DNA of 61,485 nt, counting the filler, from Choristocarpus tenellus KU-1152 (lineage: Eukaryota; Protista; Phaeophyceae), in assembly GCA_964200185.2 (NCBI GenBank). It is 8 parts of 8 records of this genome, joined end to end, with 100 filler letters (N's around TTAATTAATTAA, not from the genome) between each part and the next. Parts side by side here need not be neighbours in the genome. Positions count along the whole stretch, not along the records: positions 34,791 to 48,256 come from CAXNAD020001486.1; 7 more parts are not named here. One strand, written 5' to 3'. The notes beneath the pieces are model-generated. The model saw only the letters and a program-made list of their open reading frames with translations, had not been told where the DNA came from and did not search any database. A program made the translations under genes and the position numbers. Below, piece after piece: positions 34,830 to 48,356 of this stretch (position 1 is its first letter; each line of letters opens with the position of its first letter).

Positions 34830-35011
34830 GGCTCAAAGTATCTGGGGGGGGGAGGTGGGGTCTTCACTAGGGTGTCCATTCAGTCCCTGACCAGGAGATA
34901 TGCACTCATATTATCCACCCCACACATCTAACCAAATCACCCAAAAATCGCGACATAAAAAATGGGCCCCGAATAAACAGTCACCCCACCCCACCCCAGA
35001 TACTTCGAGCC
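34830..35011 (-). mobile_element. MITE family B full copy
   Basis: TIRs ggctcaaagtatctgggggg / ccccagatacttcgagc; cact occurs on both flanks. Confidence 0.85.
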
Positions 35012-35115
35012 ACTGGTCAGAATCCTTGCCCGGTTCCATCATGGACAGTTTGAGCTGGCAGTGAACAGCGTGCATCCCTTGTTCAGTGGTCGCCTCATAC
35101 TTGGTGATCAGGACA

Positions 35116-37468
35116 TGTTGAAAAATGAATCGAATGCATCATACGTGTAAGCAAAATGCGTAGACTATGAGTGATGAGGATTCATGGTGTTGCAAAGCAC
35201 CGATGAGTGATCTGCGTAGTCTATGTTATAGATAGATGCGATTGTGGTGCAAAGCACCGATGTATTTATCCTGTTGTAACTGAGGTCATTGATCTCTTGG
35301 TCAAGAATGATGCGATGTGAAATTAGTATTCTTGGTTGCTCAACAAGGAATGATGTGATGCGAATTCAGTGTTCTTTTATGTGATACTCAACGAAAGAAG
35401 TCTATGCTCTGTGGAGAGGCTTGTTACCTTGGCTGGCAAGGGTTTCCGCGGATGGTTTTAATTCTGATTATATTACATCTATGTGTGTGTTTGGTACACT
35501 GTTTGCAGAGTGAGCTTGATGCATTGTGAGATATCAATGGCAGTCATGAAAGAAATAATAATGAGCCATCAAACTACAACTGTCATCTTCTACTGATAAG
35601 AGGAAGAAAGAGTAAAAAACAAACAAGGGAATGACAGAACAAACTTGAACCAATGTGTGATGCAACTCAAGTAACGTATACTATTCTTGCATGTCGAACG
35701 CAGAGCGGCTGTTCTGACTACGGTGTTCTGATGGTAATTGATGTTGTGATAATGAACTTGTGACAGTAACGTCCAGAGCGTAACAGACCAATCAACAGTC
35801 AGTGTTGACTGGTGGAACTGTATCCTATCAACGAACAAACAGATGAGCAGCCTATGTTTTAACAGGGTATACCAAGCAGAGAGGCTGTCATTGAGGTTGT
35901 TGTCGTCGCGCTGTTGTCGTCCATATAGAGGATCTTAGGTCGATCTGCGGCAGGTGGTAAGGGGTACGCCGAACATCTGGACGTGGCGTTCCTTGTTGAA
36001 AAGTGAATCGAATGCATCGTACATGTAGGCAAAATGCGTAGACTACNNNNNNNNNNGTATAGGTGTGATTGTGCTGCAAAGCACCGATGTATTTATTCTG
36101 TTGTAACTGAGGTCATTGATCTCTCAGTCAAGAATGATGCGATGTGAATCCAGTATTATTTCATGTGATACTCAACGAAAGAAGTCCATGTATGTTCTGT
36201 GGAGAGGCTTGTTACCTTGGCTGGCAAGGGTTTCCGCGGATGGTTTTAACTCTGATTATATTACATCCATGTGTGTGTGTGATACACAGTTTGCAGAGTG
36301 GCGTTGATACAATTTGAGAGATCAATGGCAGCACGAAAGAAATAATAATGAGCCATCAATGTACAACTGTCATCTTCTGCTGATAAGGAGAAAGAGTGAA
36401 AGAGAAACAAACAACAGTACAACAGAACAAGATCGAACAATATGTGATGCAACTAATGTGACGTACACTATACTATACTATTTGTGTGGAACGCAGAGCG
36501 ACTGTTCTGCATACTAAGGGGTTCTAATTGTAGTTGATGTGGAGATGACGAACTAGTGAAAGTAACGTCCAGAACGAAACAGACCAATCAACAGTCAGTG
36601 TTGACTGGTGGAGCTGTATCGTATCAAGGAACAAACAGATGAGTAGCCCATGTTTTAACATTCCTCAAAGGTAGATGTGACGGTGGTTTCAGTGTGCGTT
36701 GTAGGGTGCTGGAATAGTGTTATCTTGAATGTGGTGAAGGTGGGAAAACGGTGGTAGGTAGTACAAGGCCAGGTCGTCGGTGTCGTTCATATGTTGAGGC
36801 TCATAACCTGTTGAAACCTGAATTCGAATGAATCGTGCTTTCTTGTGTAGTGACTAGTTTGTGAAGAAGAGGTATCATAGTGTAATAAAGCGCCCGTGAA
36901 TTTGTTCTGGTGAACCTGACGACATGTTTGATGTGAAATCTTGATCATTCATTGAGGCGCTCAAATGAAGAAATGCATGGTCTGTGAAGAGGCTTGTCAC
37001 CTTGATGGAGAAGGGTTTCTGAAGATGTTTTGGAGAAGGGTTTCTGAAGATGTTTTGAGTCTATATATATTGCATCCAGGTGTGTATCAGGCACATTTAA
37101 CAACGCAGAGTAAAGTTGATGTCTTTAGAAGGGGGCAATGCCAGTCAGAAAAAGAATAATCGACATACGAGAAACAACTGATGGCTCTGATGCGAATATC
37201 AAAGGAAAACAAAGAGACAAAGTTGAATCAAAACCTTGCACAATTCATATGGCACATATACTATGCTTGTATGTTTGACAGATGTCGACTTTTCCATACT
37301 TCCTATGTACCATGGTGTTCTAACAGTAATTGACGAGGCTATGGTGGGGTACTAATGATGCATATGTAACTAACGACCAGTACCGATGTGCGAATCAACA
37401 TTCAGTATGAACTGATAATACTGTATCGTATCAAGCACACAAAAGATGAATAGCCTATGTTTTGAACA
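35116..37468. repeat. Diverged tandem triplication (period about 815-880 bp)
   Basis: Copies at about 35116-35864, 35994-36660 and 36809-37468 share ordered blocks: tgttgaaa..tgaatcgaatgcatc, gaggcttgttaccttg, and ctgtatcgtatcaa..acaaacagatga..agcc.atgtttt. Copy 3 is the most diverged. Confidence 0.85.
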
Positions 37469-39909
37469 GAAACTACAATAAGATATATTGAAAAATGGCT
37501 CGAACATGTGGACATCAAAGCCCAGATTTGATTCTCCATAAATATATTTCTAAGATATGGGCCTATAATCCCGAATGCTTTCGGGTACATAACACTGTAA
37601 TTAAAAATCGTCTTCTGCACACTCCCCCATCAGAATGGAAGTATAAGAACACAGATTGCTTCAACTCTCACACACTACAATAATCTTATTAGCCAAGTTC
37701 CTAAGTCGGATCCAACTAGCTCAGATAGAAGCTGGTGCGTTCTTGGATCTTGTTTTTTGTTTACTTTTCTTTTGCAAGTGAATTTCCAATTTCTCCGAAA
37801 ATCCCTTCAAAAACTACCTTCTGACATCCCCTCCTATTCTTGGATCATCACAACATTTTAAAACGAGTTTGCTATTATATTACTGTTTGTATGGCATGCT
37901 CCTACTGGAAATATTTATAGAGGTATATCCATTATACGCCCTTTCCATTTTGTATTTAATAGGCAAGTGACTTCCTTCTTTGTTGCTATTTATATGACAG
38001 TCTCAACTCCACCTCAAAACCTCTTAGTATTGATCAGTGTGGTATTTGATTTTACTGAGGAGGTAAATGATGAGCACTTTACCTTTTGCCTGGACCTGAT
38101 CCACTAACAAAACTACGTATAGTATACATTGTCTGCTCCAATACATACCACTCCAGTCGCTCACTATTCATCGTACACACCACCCAATTTCATCATCTAT
38201 AGTGGAATCTGGCATCAGTTAATATTAGTGTATTTTATCGTCAGCAGTATTCACAATGCTTTATTTATAACCTTTGACCAAAACGTTTGTTGGGATCAAT
38301 AGAAGTAGTAGTGGTGTCACTTGAAAATTTGGGTTGTCAAAATAAAGAGAATTTGAATGTGGTAAAGACGAAAAGGTAGACACTCTTTGGTTTTTATACT
38401 GACTAGGAGATGTGGTGGGTGCATGCTCTCCTTGATTTCTAAGCAGTCATGACCATAGCAGTGACAGAGACACTGAATAAGCGTTAGCATAAATAGCTGT
38501 CCTGGGATGCCTGCAGGATCAATTGCTGTAACAAACTTAATAGTTCCAATTCCATTTTTTTAATGTATTTGTTAATCAGGATGAAGAAAGGCCAATATTG
38601 CAATGCAACCCTTAAATCTAACCAAAGTAATACTGCCACGACTAGGAAATAGAAGCAGGATACTAGGCATTGAACTTCGGATAGAAGGGCATCCTATAAA
38701 CGAAATATAGTTTTTTAGAAGGGAGTCTCGCTTGAACTGACTGTTGGCTATCTTTTTTCTGACTTGTGGAGGTTATTGCGAATGAAGTAACGCGATGATA
38801 GTAATAATCAAGTACCGTTAACTTCGAAAAGCAGACGAAAAGGAAGGTATGCATAAACCAGTAGCACTACAAAATATACACGCATCCAATAAATGCAATA
38901 TCTACTAGAAATACATTTTTTTGCTCATAATCAAAAGACCGTATTCTTGGCAAGAAATAGACAGTGGTAAATGCATTCGAGGAAGAGTTGGTAGGTGGGA
39001 CTAAAGGAAATGAGTGGCAATCACGCTTACAAATCCTTTACCCACATGAGTAGATACAGAAAACAATGGAAAAACACTCCATAGGAAGACATTAGTTATC
39101 GCTCACCAACTTGAATAACAACCACAAGTCGCGCTCATCAAGTAAGTTCTGACTGACTGACTGACTGGCTGTGCCAAAGGACTCACTTGGCACAACAAAA
39201 TAAACCCCAATCCCATATGACAGCTAGATGTGTCGAGGACACAAAAAAATCGCCATGGAGACAGAATCCTTCTACTCATTAGTTCTGCAATTTACCATTA
39301 CTTTGTTGGTAGATGACCAGCTACAATGTAGTAGAAGCACTTGGTTACACTGTAGTATTCAACCTAAAAAAAAAAAAGGCTACAAAATATGTACTTATCT
39401 AAATCGTGTATAAAATGAACAGATTGGATCATGTGTGTACAACTCTACCGTGAGCTAATTCCCAACGTCACATAACACCTCAGCAAAGGGGAGACACTTT
39501 GGGTGTTTCATATCCCCTCTTCAAGCCAGTCCAACTTCCCTCTACCCTCTACCAAGCTTCTGGTACAAGTGCGTGAGAGATATCTGGAAGAGAAGGGGAA
39601 AGGAACTTGTTACATTAAGTCTTGAAGCACAAAATCCTATGAACAACAATACTTCTTTTAGCCATGAAAAACGTAATACAGACCTCCTATGCCAGCACTT
39701 CAAAACAAAACGTGTTGTGTTGCTGCTGATGGGACTGCTACTGTAGAATAGAGCCACTCAAGGTGAAGGGGCACCTATCTCCATAGCACAGATTGTGTTT
39801 TTGTTGTTGCCTTTTGAGGAATACAGTAATGTAGCAGACCCAAAATCTTATTCATATATTTTTACACGAAACATCTTCACATCCACACAATGGTCTCAGT
39901 CCCTCCAGC

Positions 39910-42900
39910 TCACTGTGCATGAAAGCAATTTCCTGTGGAGACCAGCCCAGAGCCGATAACAGAAGTGGAACTAGCTGCCTGTGTGATTGTTGGACGGGGT
40001 TGGGGCCACACCACACACGATTGGACCAACAAATATGAGTTAAGTGTGTGAGATTACAAACGTCTCATCAGTTGAGCACAAGAATATTTTCAACAAGAGA
40101 GGATGACCAATTCTGAACAAGGGTATTCACATATTTATGCGCTAATGATACTGATGAGAAAACAGATAGGCATCAGTATCTGATGATGTAAAAATGCCAG
40201 TATCTGAGAGTTGTACAGCATACACACCGAAAGCAATATCTGTAATTGTTATTCTATCTAATTATACTAACCCTCAAGTTATTGCATTGTCTGACACCAT
40301 CCGGGATCATTGTACAAGCCTTCGGCAGCAAAAGAGAACTACTCTGGTCGCATATGGTGAGGGAACTCCATCTCCTCTTAAATACTTCTAGAGCTCTTCT
40401 AGTATAATGGTAGAACAAAACTAGAAAAGGCGTATTTACCTACTACTATACGGAGTGAAGGTTTCATCTATTCCTCCCAGAAAAAGAGCTTAAACAGAAC
40501 TGACCATTATGGATCACCTATCATACACAGTTTGCTCCGCAGGATATGACCCATGATTTCTTAGGTGCTGACATCACCACGTTGCCGATTATGGATGCAC
40601 ACTATCTAACTGTCAGTGGTCCTTCTCATATTCATCACTTGTTTTGTCAACCACATATCTGACCCCAATCCAGATCCAGAGTGAGAAACACTGCCATTAG
40701 TAAACCACAAGAGCATGCGAACATATTTTGGAACAATACAAGTTTCTGAAAGGTTTTTCGGAAAGGTATTCGACAAAGTCAAGTCTTGTCTCACGAACCT
40801 CCACAACACATGCTCTGGAACCCATGAAAGCACAGCGCTTGAACTTGACATCTGCAGAGTAAGCATCCACCATGACAGAAGGGTCTTTGTACGAAGACAA
40901 ATCAGGGTGGAAGTGGCATTGGGAGGGTAGGGGGAGTTCGAGAAAGTATTCGGTAAATATGTACTAACATTTTAATAGCCCATCACACCTTTTTTCTGAT
41001 CGCATTCGTGGTTAGAAAGAAAACAACAAATTCCAATAGTTGTTTGAGGTTGTCTATTCCTACAACAATCTTTAGTTTTAGAGCACTTTGGTTCCGAATT
41101 GGAATAATATCGAAAACCTTAAATGTAGTAGTTTCCTGTTCTAACTTGTCCTATGATGTTCGTTTAGTAGGCAAGCGCCTCATTGATTTCTTGTCTCCGA
41201 CCCAAACATCGCAGGTACACCTACCACAAAGAGAATTTGTAAAATGAAAGTGATCTCTGGTTTGCAAATAAACGCGAGGAGTTGTTAAGCGATTCAATGG
41301 AAGTAGAGATTCAGAGTTACAGATTTGGGACTTCAATGAGTGCTGCATCAGGATGAATCCCTGCACTCACCTGCTTCCCCTTCAAAAATTATGTCCTTGA
41401 AGCTTACACCGCCAGAGCCATCCAAAACTACATCAATCAACTGAGGATCTGTACTAGATCCCATGGTGGTCCTCGTTGACTCAGTGATATCATCTCCACT
41501 GTCGCGAACCTGAAGAACATACTTATCGTCATCCTGTGAGGGACTGTTCTCCTGCCTGCTCTTCCGCCTCTTCTTCCTAGCACTGCTGCCACTGCCCCTG
41601 TCCGCTTTAAAAACGACACCAGTCGATCCAGAGACGTGTATGCCTACCTTGTTGCCGAAAACCTTATGAGTCAACGGTTCCATGCCGTAAAGATGGGAGT
41701 GGAGATGGGAAGAAGAGGAAGTGAAGGTGAGCAAAATTTAGGTAGATATTAAGCAATGTAGTCTGGAGAGATTATGTGGTGAAGTGACTCTGGCTAAGTC
41801 TCGTTGTGCAGGAAATAGAACTCTATTTTGACACTATGCAATACATCAACAACATTTCTTGCAACTCCAGAATGTATCACACGCTCTTACAACATATTGT
41901 TGACCCTTGGGAAATCCGAGTGGTAAATAATGCCAACACCAAGGCACAAGAATTTGAAAGCTCTGTCTGCACTTCCACACTTTGTCGTGGAACAGTATTT
42001 CCATAAAGAAACTAGTTCGGACAGACTTTTCCATGACGCGAAAGGGATTGTTTGTTCTTGATTTATATCTGTTTGGTGTTAGGATATTTCAAGGGTACTA
42101 CTTCATCCTTAGGCAACACTTAGTCGACACAGGCACGCAAAAATTGTTGTACTATTCTGAATTCCAACCCTTACATAATTTCTGAGCTACTCTTACTATG
42201 ATACTTCTATCAATAACTGATACTACTTGAGGTAAATGAAGTGAAGGTATATAAGTTCTACTAAGGTAGGGAAGATAGAAACCAAGATTATTCGATTGCC
42301 AACATGCTCTTGTGGCGTTATCACAATGATCCACCTCAACCAGTCCTAGAGATTTCACAATATGGTAGAGGTAACTCAACTCAAACCTTTTCATTTTGTA
42401 ACTGGTCATCAGCTTCGAGGCATGCCAGAAAAATTAGATGACCTTCCCCATGCTGCAGAACTCTGTGGCACACGAGGTGTTGAATATAAATGGCTCAAGA
42501 GGTAATTGAAGCCAAACCTTCTATATTAACATAGTACTCTACCATTCAGTTGTAAGATCCTGTCTTACCATTACCTTCTCCCTCCTCTCCCTCCAAAAGG
42601 CATGTTTCACAAATATTTTACCACTGGCTTGCAACGGACTTGCTTCAAAATAAAGGAGAATAAACAAATATGTTAAATATACCCTTGGCAAGGAATACAG
42701 GATTGTTCTCGGTTCCTGTTTGGAAAAGGGGGGAATTCATGGATCACTATAACTCTCACCGAATAGTCGCGGAATGTAACATTGGTGGAATCCTTCACCA
42801 GCACCCCAACACGTTCGTTCCCCTGGATGGTCCCAATGCCCCTTTTGTTTGTTCCACTGCAGTCACCATTACCCCAAAGTGCAGTAAACCATTGATTTGA

Positions 42901-45900
42901 CGGGAGGTAAGGCAGCAGTGAGTTGGTGGCATGAACAACAAATTTTGCTTGTATGCATTGTGTCCATGCATAGCGTTGCACATTGTGTCCTTAGCCATAC
43001 AGCTACTAGCAAAAACGTGTCGATCTTCATAGTCCCCCACCCCTGACCCACTATATAGTAGTTGTCACCAAAATATTGCGACTCGATATTGCTCGAGGCT
43101 GTTGCAGATGTTAGATGTATGTTATTTAAATACAGAAGGTTGACTTGATACATGCATCCAAACTTCTACCGACTTAACCTAAATCAGCCAAATGATCGAT
43201 GTTACAGATCGTTCACATCCTTCAGTTGTGAGTAAACACAATAAAAAAAGGGTTTCAGATCATGCATCAACTTCTAGCAAAGGGGGGAGGGGAAGGGGGA
43301 GAGGGAGGGGGATGAGAATGGAAAGTCGAATGCACTGCTCACCCGCCATTGAAGGCATCAAAGATTACATCATCTGATCTCCGAATGTCGACACCACAAC
43401 CATTGCAATCTCGAGCTTCAACTCCAACGAATTTCACATCCTGTGTTGGATTCATGGAGAGTATTGTGGTGAAAGGACATGAGGAGCATGGTGAGAGGAC
43501 AAACTGATAGAGAGGGTAAAAGATGAAGACTGTTCTACTCCAATGGATAAAAATAAGAAACCAGCACATGAGTAATTGAAGTGTTGGTCACAAGCAATAG
43601 TAGGACATTGGCGAAAATCCCAGCATTTTTTTGTCCACCTATAGGTCTGGTCTTTAATAGGGTGGGTTTGAGGGCGGTCACCTTGCTGTTAGTCACAGTC
43701 ACACAAGCCGACCCCTCAGGATCCACGTCTACTCTCCTTCCACTAGCACCCTTCCTCCTCGATCCTTCAAGCCAGACATCAATGACCTTAAATACAACAA
43801 AAAAGAATGGTTAACTTTCGACATGTGATGACAAGAGGGCAGTGTGTATGAGTGTCATCCTATGATGATATTTTTCAAACGTATTGTCAAAATACAGCAC
43901 AAAGAAACTCGGGAATCCGTCGCCTATCTCAGAAGAGAAAGGATCAGCAATTCGTAAAATTCAGCCCCCAACCTCTTCCTCCCCATCCTTCTGCTCACCT
44001 CTGAGCCTCTTGCATCGCTGAGTACCAACATCTGCTCTGTGCGTCTGCTTGTGTGCTGATCCTGTCCAATCAGAACCTTAGTCTCTGTCACCTGCGTCCC
44101 ATTTTTAAGAGGCTTTGCCAACTCCGCCAAACGCTCTCCATCGTGCTCAAGAGTGAGACTGGATATATACTTTGCTGATGTGGTTGTTGTATTGTACCTT
44201 GCATTAGCAAGAAATAACACATCAAAGGTTTGCAAATTGTGGGTGATCCAATCGAGAAATTACAAAGTAATTTCGGTTCAGATATAAGACGAGACGACTC
44301 CGTAACTAATGGGTAGTACCGTTGCAGCATCATGTATCCCGTTATGGCGCAGGTCTCATGCATACCCAAGGAAAAGGGAAATAGTGATCAACACAAACAG
44401 CATTTGGGAATATACGAGAAAGGGTAACTGCATGCGGCAGCGGTGGAGGTAGTGAAGCACAATGCACAGCATCACAGATCATGGAGAGAAATGACTGACA
44501 AGTATGTGTCCAGCAGGGTGGTACTCACCGCCCTTGCAGCGTGACCCCCGACTGTAAAATGACTGGTCCGGTGATAAAGTACTCGCCAGAAGCCAAATAC
44601 ACCTAAGGTGGTGGTAAGACAAGAGGAAAGACTTTCTTAGGATGTGCAATACAATACTGAGGAGGTGAAATATCCGCCTGTTTTGTGTATTTTCCCTTAA
44701 TTGTTGAGAAGAATCAGTACATCTCAAGAGCAACAATCAATTGTTGTGCTCACTCGTAGAAACAGATCATTCTCCAGAGTATACACATTTGCGATTATTA
44801 AAAAAAGCAATTTACACTCTGCAAAATAGTAAAATAGTGAAGTAGCAGTAGTTTGTACCATACCTTAAAGTCCCGACCCTAAATGGAAACTTTCCATTAG
44901 GATACCAAATGAAGAAAAATTGCCTTTATACTTCTCACTACTGTTTTAACGAACTCAAAACTATGTTTCTCCTTTTTTTTCCTGCGTCCCCACCCACCCA
45001 CCCCCCTCCCGTTCTCACTGTGCCGACACTGTCCTCATCTCCTCCGCCAGCACAGATCTTCCCATCATACCGGGTCCCCTTCACAGCACACACCGCCTTC
45101 ATGATTACCAGCTGGTCCCTGAAACCGGTCCCAACAAAGTGAGGGAATTCGGTACCCCAGTCACTGATCTTGGTTGTCGCCACCTTCAAAGTAATGCAAA
45201 TATATATACATGTGTGTGTGTTGAATTGATTGGCAGTGGGGGTAGTAGTTCTGGGAATACATCCATCATTTTGTGTGTCCTGATTTGCTGCACCCTTCTG
45301 CTGCATGGTGGGCATCTTCTCTGTAGAGAGATGGCATCAGAGGTCTTTTTCTTTCCTCTCAACAGGCGGGCAGCATAGATTAATTTCTTCTGTTGCTCTT
45401 ATACACATTCTAGGACATAAGAACCATAATTCGTCGAAGATAAAACGTGCCCAGGCATTGCTATTCACATTTGAGGACATAAGAACCATCATTCCTCAAA
45501 GATACAAATTTCCCAGACATCGCAGTTTCAATGTTTGACGAATCAATGGAAGGAGAATAATCTTTGGCTCTACTGGGTTCTCACTCTGAAACCATCTACC
45601 ATCACAAACTGCCACTAACCAACTGCAAACGCACATAGTATTCATTGTTTGGATTGGTCCTGACACCTCGCACTTTCAGATCCAATAGCTCAAAGTACGT
45701 GCCATGTCCAGAAGCCCCCCGGGCGCGCACGCTCACAGCTTTGCAGTACCCTGAGATATCAAAGCTCTCCAACATGGACTCGCCTCCCAGGCTCCTTATC
45801 CCCTTCAAAAAAAGAGGGCAAAAAAAGAGGGGAAAAGGCAGTCAGACAAGCATTAGGACATAAGAAAAAAAGAGTGTAAGCAAGCAAGCCCTGGTATTTG

Positions 45901-48191
45901 TTGGTAATAGAGCAGGAGGGTGAAGGTGTCATGCTGGTGTGGAAAGGTCCAGGATTTTATTACCTTTATCTGGAAGTCTTCCCGTTCATAATTCATGTAT
46001 AAATCAGCATGTCAATTGCCACCAATAATCACCAGAAAAAAAATTGTATCTGTATCTCCCAACTTGTTTGAGTACATTGGGTTCCTTGTACAGGGACTGA
46101 CAGATCAGGGGAGGACCTCTTATCTTTCGTTTCTTATCCCACCTTGAGCTCCACTACACCATCATCCAGTAAAAGATCAAAGATGTAGACAAAATTGGCA
46201 GGGAACTTAACCTCCACCGCTGAGACATTCGCACTCCACGCTAAGTCGAATTTCATCACCTCTCCCGGCTTTTCATGGATTTGCACAACATGCAGCGCAT
46301 TAAACAAAGGAATTGTGTGAAGAAGTTACTAATTTGTATTTGTTCATCAGGTACTGTACGGTTCGTAGGTAAGATAAGGGCTGGGATGCGTTGTTATAAG
46401 AGAGTGCACAATGCTCGTACAGCAAAAGATATATCAATTAGAGGAAGCAGTTATATCTTAGGGGGGGAGGGGTGGGAAGGTCGTGACAGGACCTCTAAGA
46501 ACTTGCCAAAGGGGACAAGAAATAGTGGCACATCTTCTCCACACAAGAACGAAGAAAAACGAAGAAAATTTGATAGTTCGACCTATTGTTACTTCAAAGT
46601 AGGTATCTTTGGCATAGTATTATCAGAATTGACCGCTTTGGGGAATATGAAGGTTTATTATAATGCGGAAGAGAATCCAAGGTTCAAAGTATCTGGGGGG
46701 GGTGGCGGCTGTCCATTCGGGGCCTATATTTTTTCATGTTGCGATTTTTGGGTGATTTGGTTGCATTCATCAGATGGATAATGTAAGTTCACTTGTCCTG
46801 GTGAGGACCCGAATTGACACCCTGGTGTAGACCCCCCCCCCCCCCCCCCAGATACTCTGAGTCCCAATTGTATTTCTAATTCCCCCATAGTCCAACAGAG
46901 TTGGACAGGTATGACTGTAATACTTGTACTTTAACTTTTTGCGCTTTCCAGTGTGAGATTGTTAGCACGTCCACATCCTCTAACCCAATCAGTCTCTGGC
47001 AAGAATAAGTATAAGAACGCTTTGAGCTCGACACAGATAAATTTGGGTGGTAGACTGTTAGTGTGTAGGGGAGAGGAAGGGATACACAAGATAAGAGGTG
47101 CAGGTGATGTGAGTGAAATCGAGGAAGAGGGTGCTGGTGCAACCATGTATATTAGGGTTTTGGAATGTACACTCCTGTCTGTGAGAAACTTCCAGCAAAA
47201 CTCTGTAGGATCTGATGGTATGTGCCATAGAGAATAGTATGGCATAGACGCCATACAGGAGGTAACAATGCGCTCTTTTTGTTGTTCACAATTTCATTGG
47301 TATTTCCCACCTCTTTGGTTACCCACTCAAATGTGAGAGGTGCACTGTACTTGAGCCTGGCTAGGGCTTCCATACGCTCCGCCTGTTTGTGGGTACACGT
47401 ATGCGTGTGCATGTTTGTGTGATATGTTAATATGATCATATGAAATTCACTTTGGATATTTGAACGGCGATACATTACTGCACTATCTAGTTTTTTGGAA
47501 TCCATGAGAGAGTATCGTACAGGTACAAGAGTATTCTAAAGTGCGCACAAACACAGCAAAATGGATGGATACAAGAGTAGAACCAACAATATCATGAATG
47601 AGAGACTCCTACCATGATAGCGGAGCATCACCAGAAATCCATTATAATCTCAATGAAGATCGAACTGAAATTATTCGGATAATGAAAAAATACACTCATG
47701 TCACTGTACTGAAATTATCCGGATTTATTTAAAAATTCAATGACATCTAATCCTGGGTAGAGAAAATGATCAGGTGTTGTACCCTCAACACAATTTGTAT
47801 GTATCGCGCTATCACCCCTCATGTCAATTTAACTAGTACCATACCACACACAGAATACATGTAGGCAACACATTTAGAGTAGCAGACGGAACCCAATGGT
47901 CAAATTATAGACATGTGCATCTTCCTGTGTTGCTCTTGAATATAGCAAAATAATAACAATCATTTCCGCATATATTGACTTGAAGCAGCTCATATATCGT
48001 TCCAAATTCGTCCATTGGTCCATCCCTCCCATCTACAAATTGTGGAAAGACGTCCCGCCACCTTTTAATCTCCCCATCCCCAGCCTACAATGCTCGTACT
48101 TTGTGCTCACGTCTTGGTATGGATTCCATTCCAAGGACAGGTTGGCCACAGGAACTAGATCACTCTCCTCACGATCCACAAGAAATTCCAC
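39910..48191 (-). CDS. Discoidin/CBM32-like module plus pectin-lyase-like right-handed beta-helix protein (putative polysaccharide-active protein); 5' end missing
   Basis: Thirteen phase-consistent exons: 48191-48111, 47382-47311, 46268-46143, 45802-45635, 45183-45019, 44602-44529, 44197-43999, 43786-43682, 43440-43343, 42856-42760, 41662-41371, 40884-40799, 39978-39910 (TGA), about 543 aa. MKFDLAWSANVSAVEVKFP...ESFDISGYCKAVSVRARGASGHGTYFELLDLKV resembles a galactose-binding/discoidin fold. VYLASGEYFITGPVILQSGVTLQG is the typical N-terminal cap of pectate-lyase-3/GH28-like beta-helices. It is followed by coil repeats GCGVDIRRSDDVIF, VGVLVKDSTNVTF and VGIHVSGSTGVVF. Confidence 0.78.
46681..46863 (+). 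mobile_element. MITE family B full copy inside an intron of the beta-helix gene
   Basis: TIRs ggttcaaagtatctgggggg / cccccagatactctgagtc with an exact 4-bp TSD ccaa/ccaa. Confidence 0.88.
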
Positions 48192-48212
48192 CTGAAAAAC
48201 ATCACAGGTAGT

Positions 48213-48256
48213 GGGTCAAAGTATCTGGGGGGGGGGTGTCGGCGTCCGTTTTTCAC
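48213..48256. mobile_element. MITE family B terminus, cut by the gap
   Basis: gggtcaaagtatctggggggggg. Confidence 0.65.
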
Positions 48257-48356
48257 NNNNNNNNNNNNNNNNNNNNNNNNNNNNNNNNNNNNNNNNNNNN
48301 TTAATTAATTAANNNNNNNNNNNNNNNNNNNNNNNNNNNNNNNNNNNNNNNNNNNN
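48257..48356. other. Artificial contig linker
   Basis: Same 100-nt spacer. Confidence 0.97.

Noticed and set aside
35775-35812. Hairpin followed by CTGG on the minus strand as a Helitron 3' end
   Set aside because: Homology between the repeat units continues past the CTRR, and the next base is A rather than T.
43040-43100. Extra exon candidate (NIESQYFGDNYYIVGQ) in the beta-helix gene
   Set aside because: It needs a GAG acceptor to stay in phase, and the flanking exons join in frame without it.
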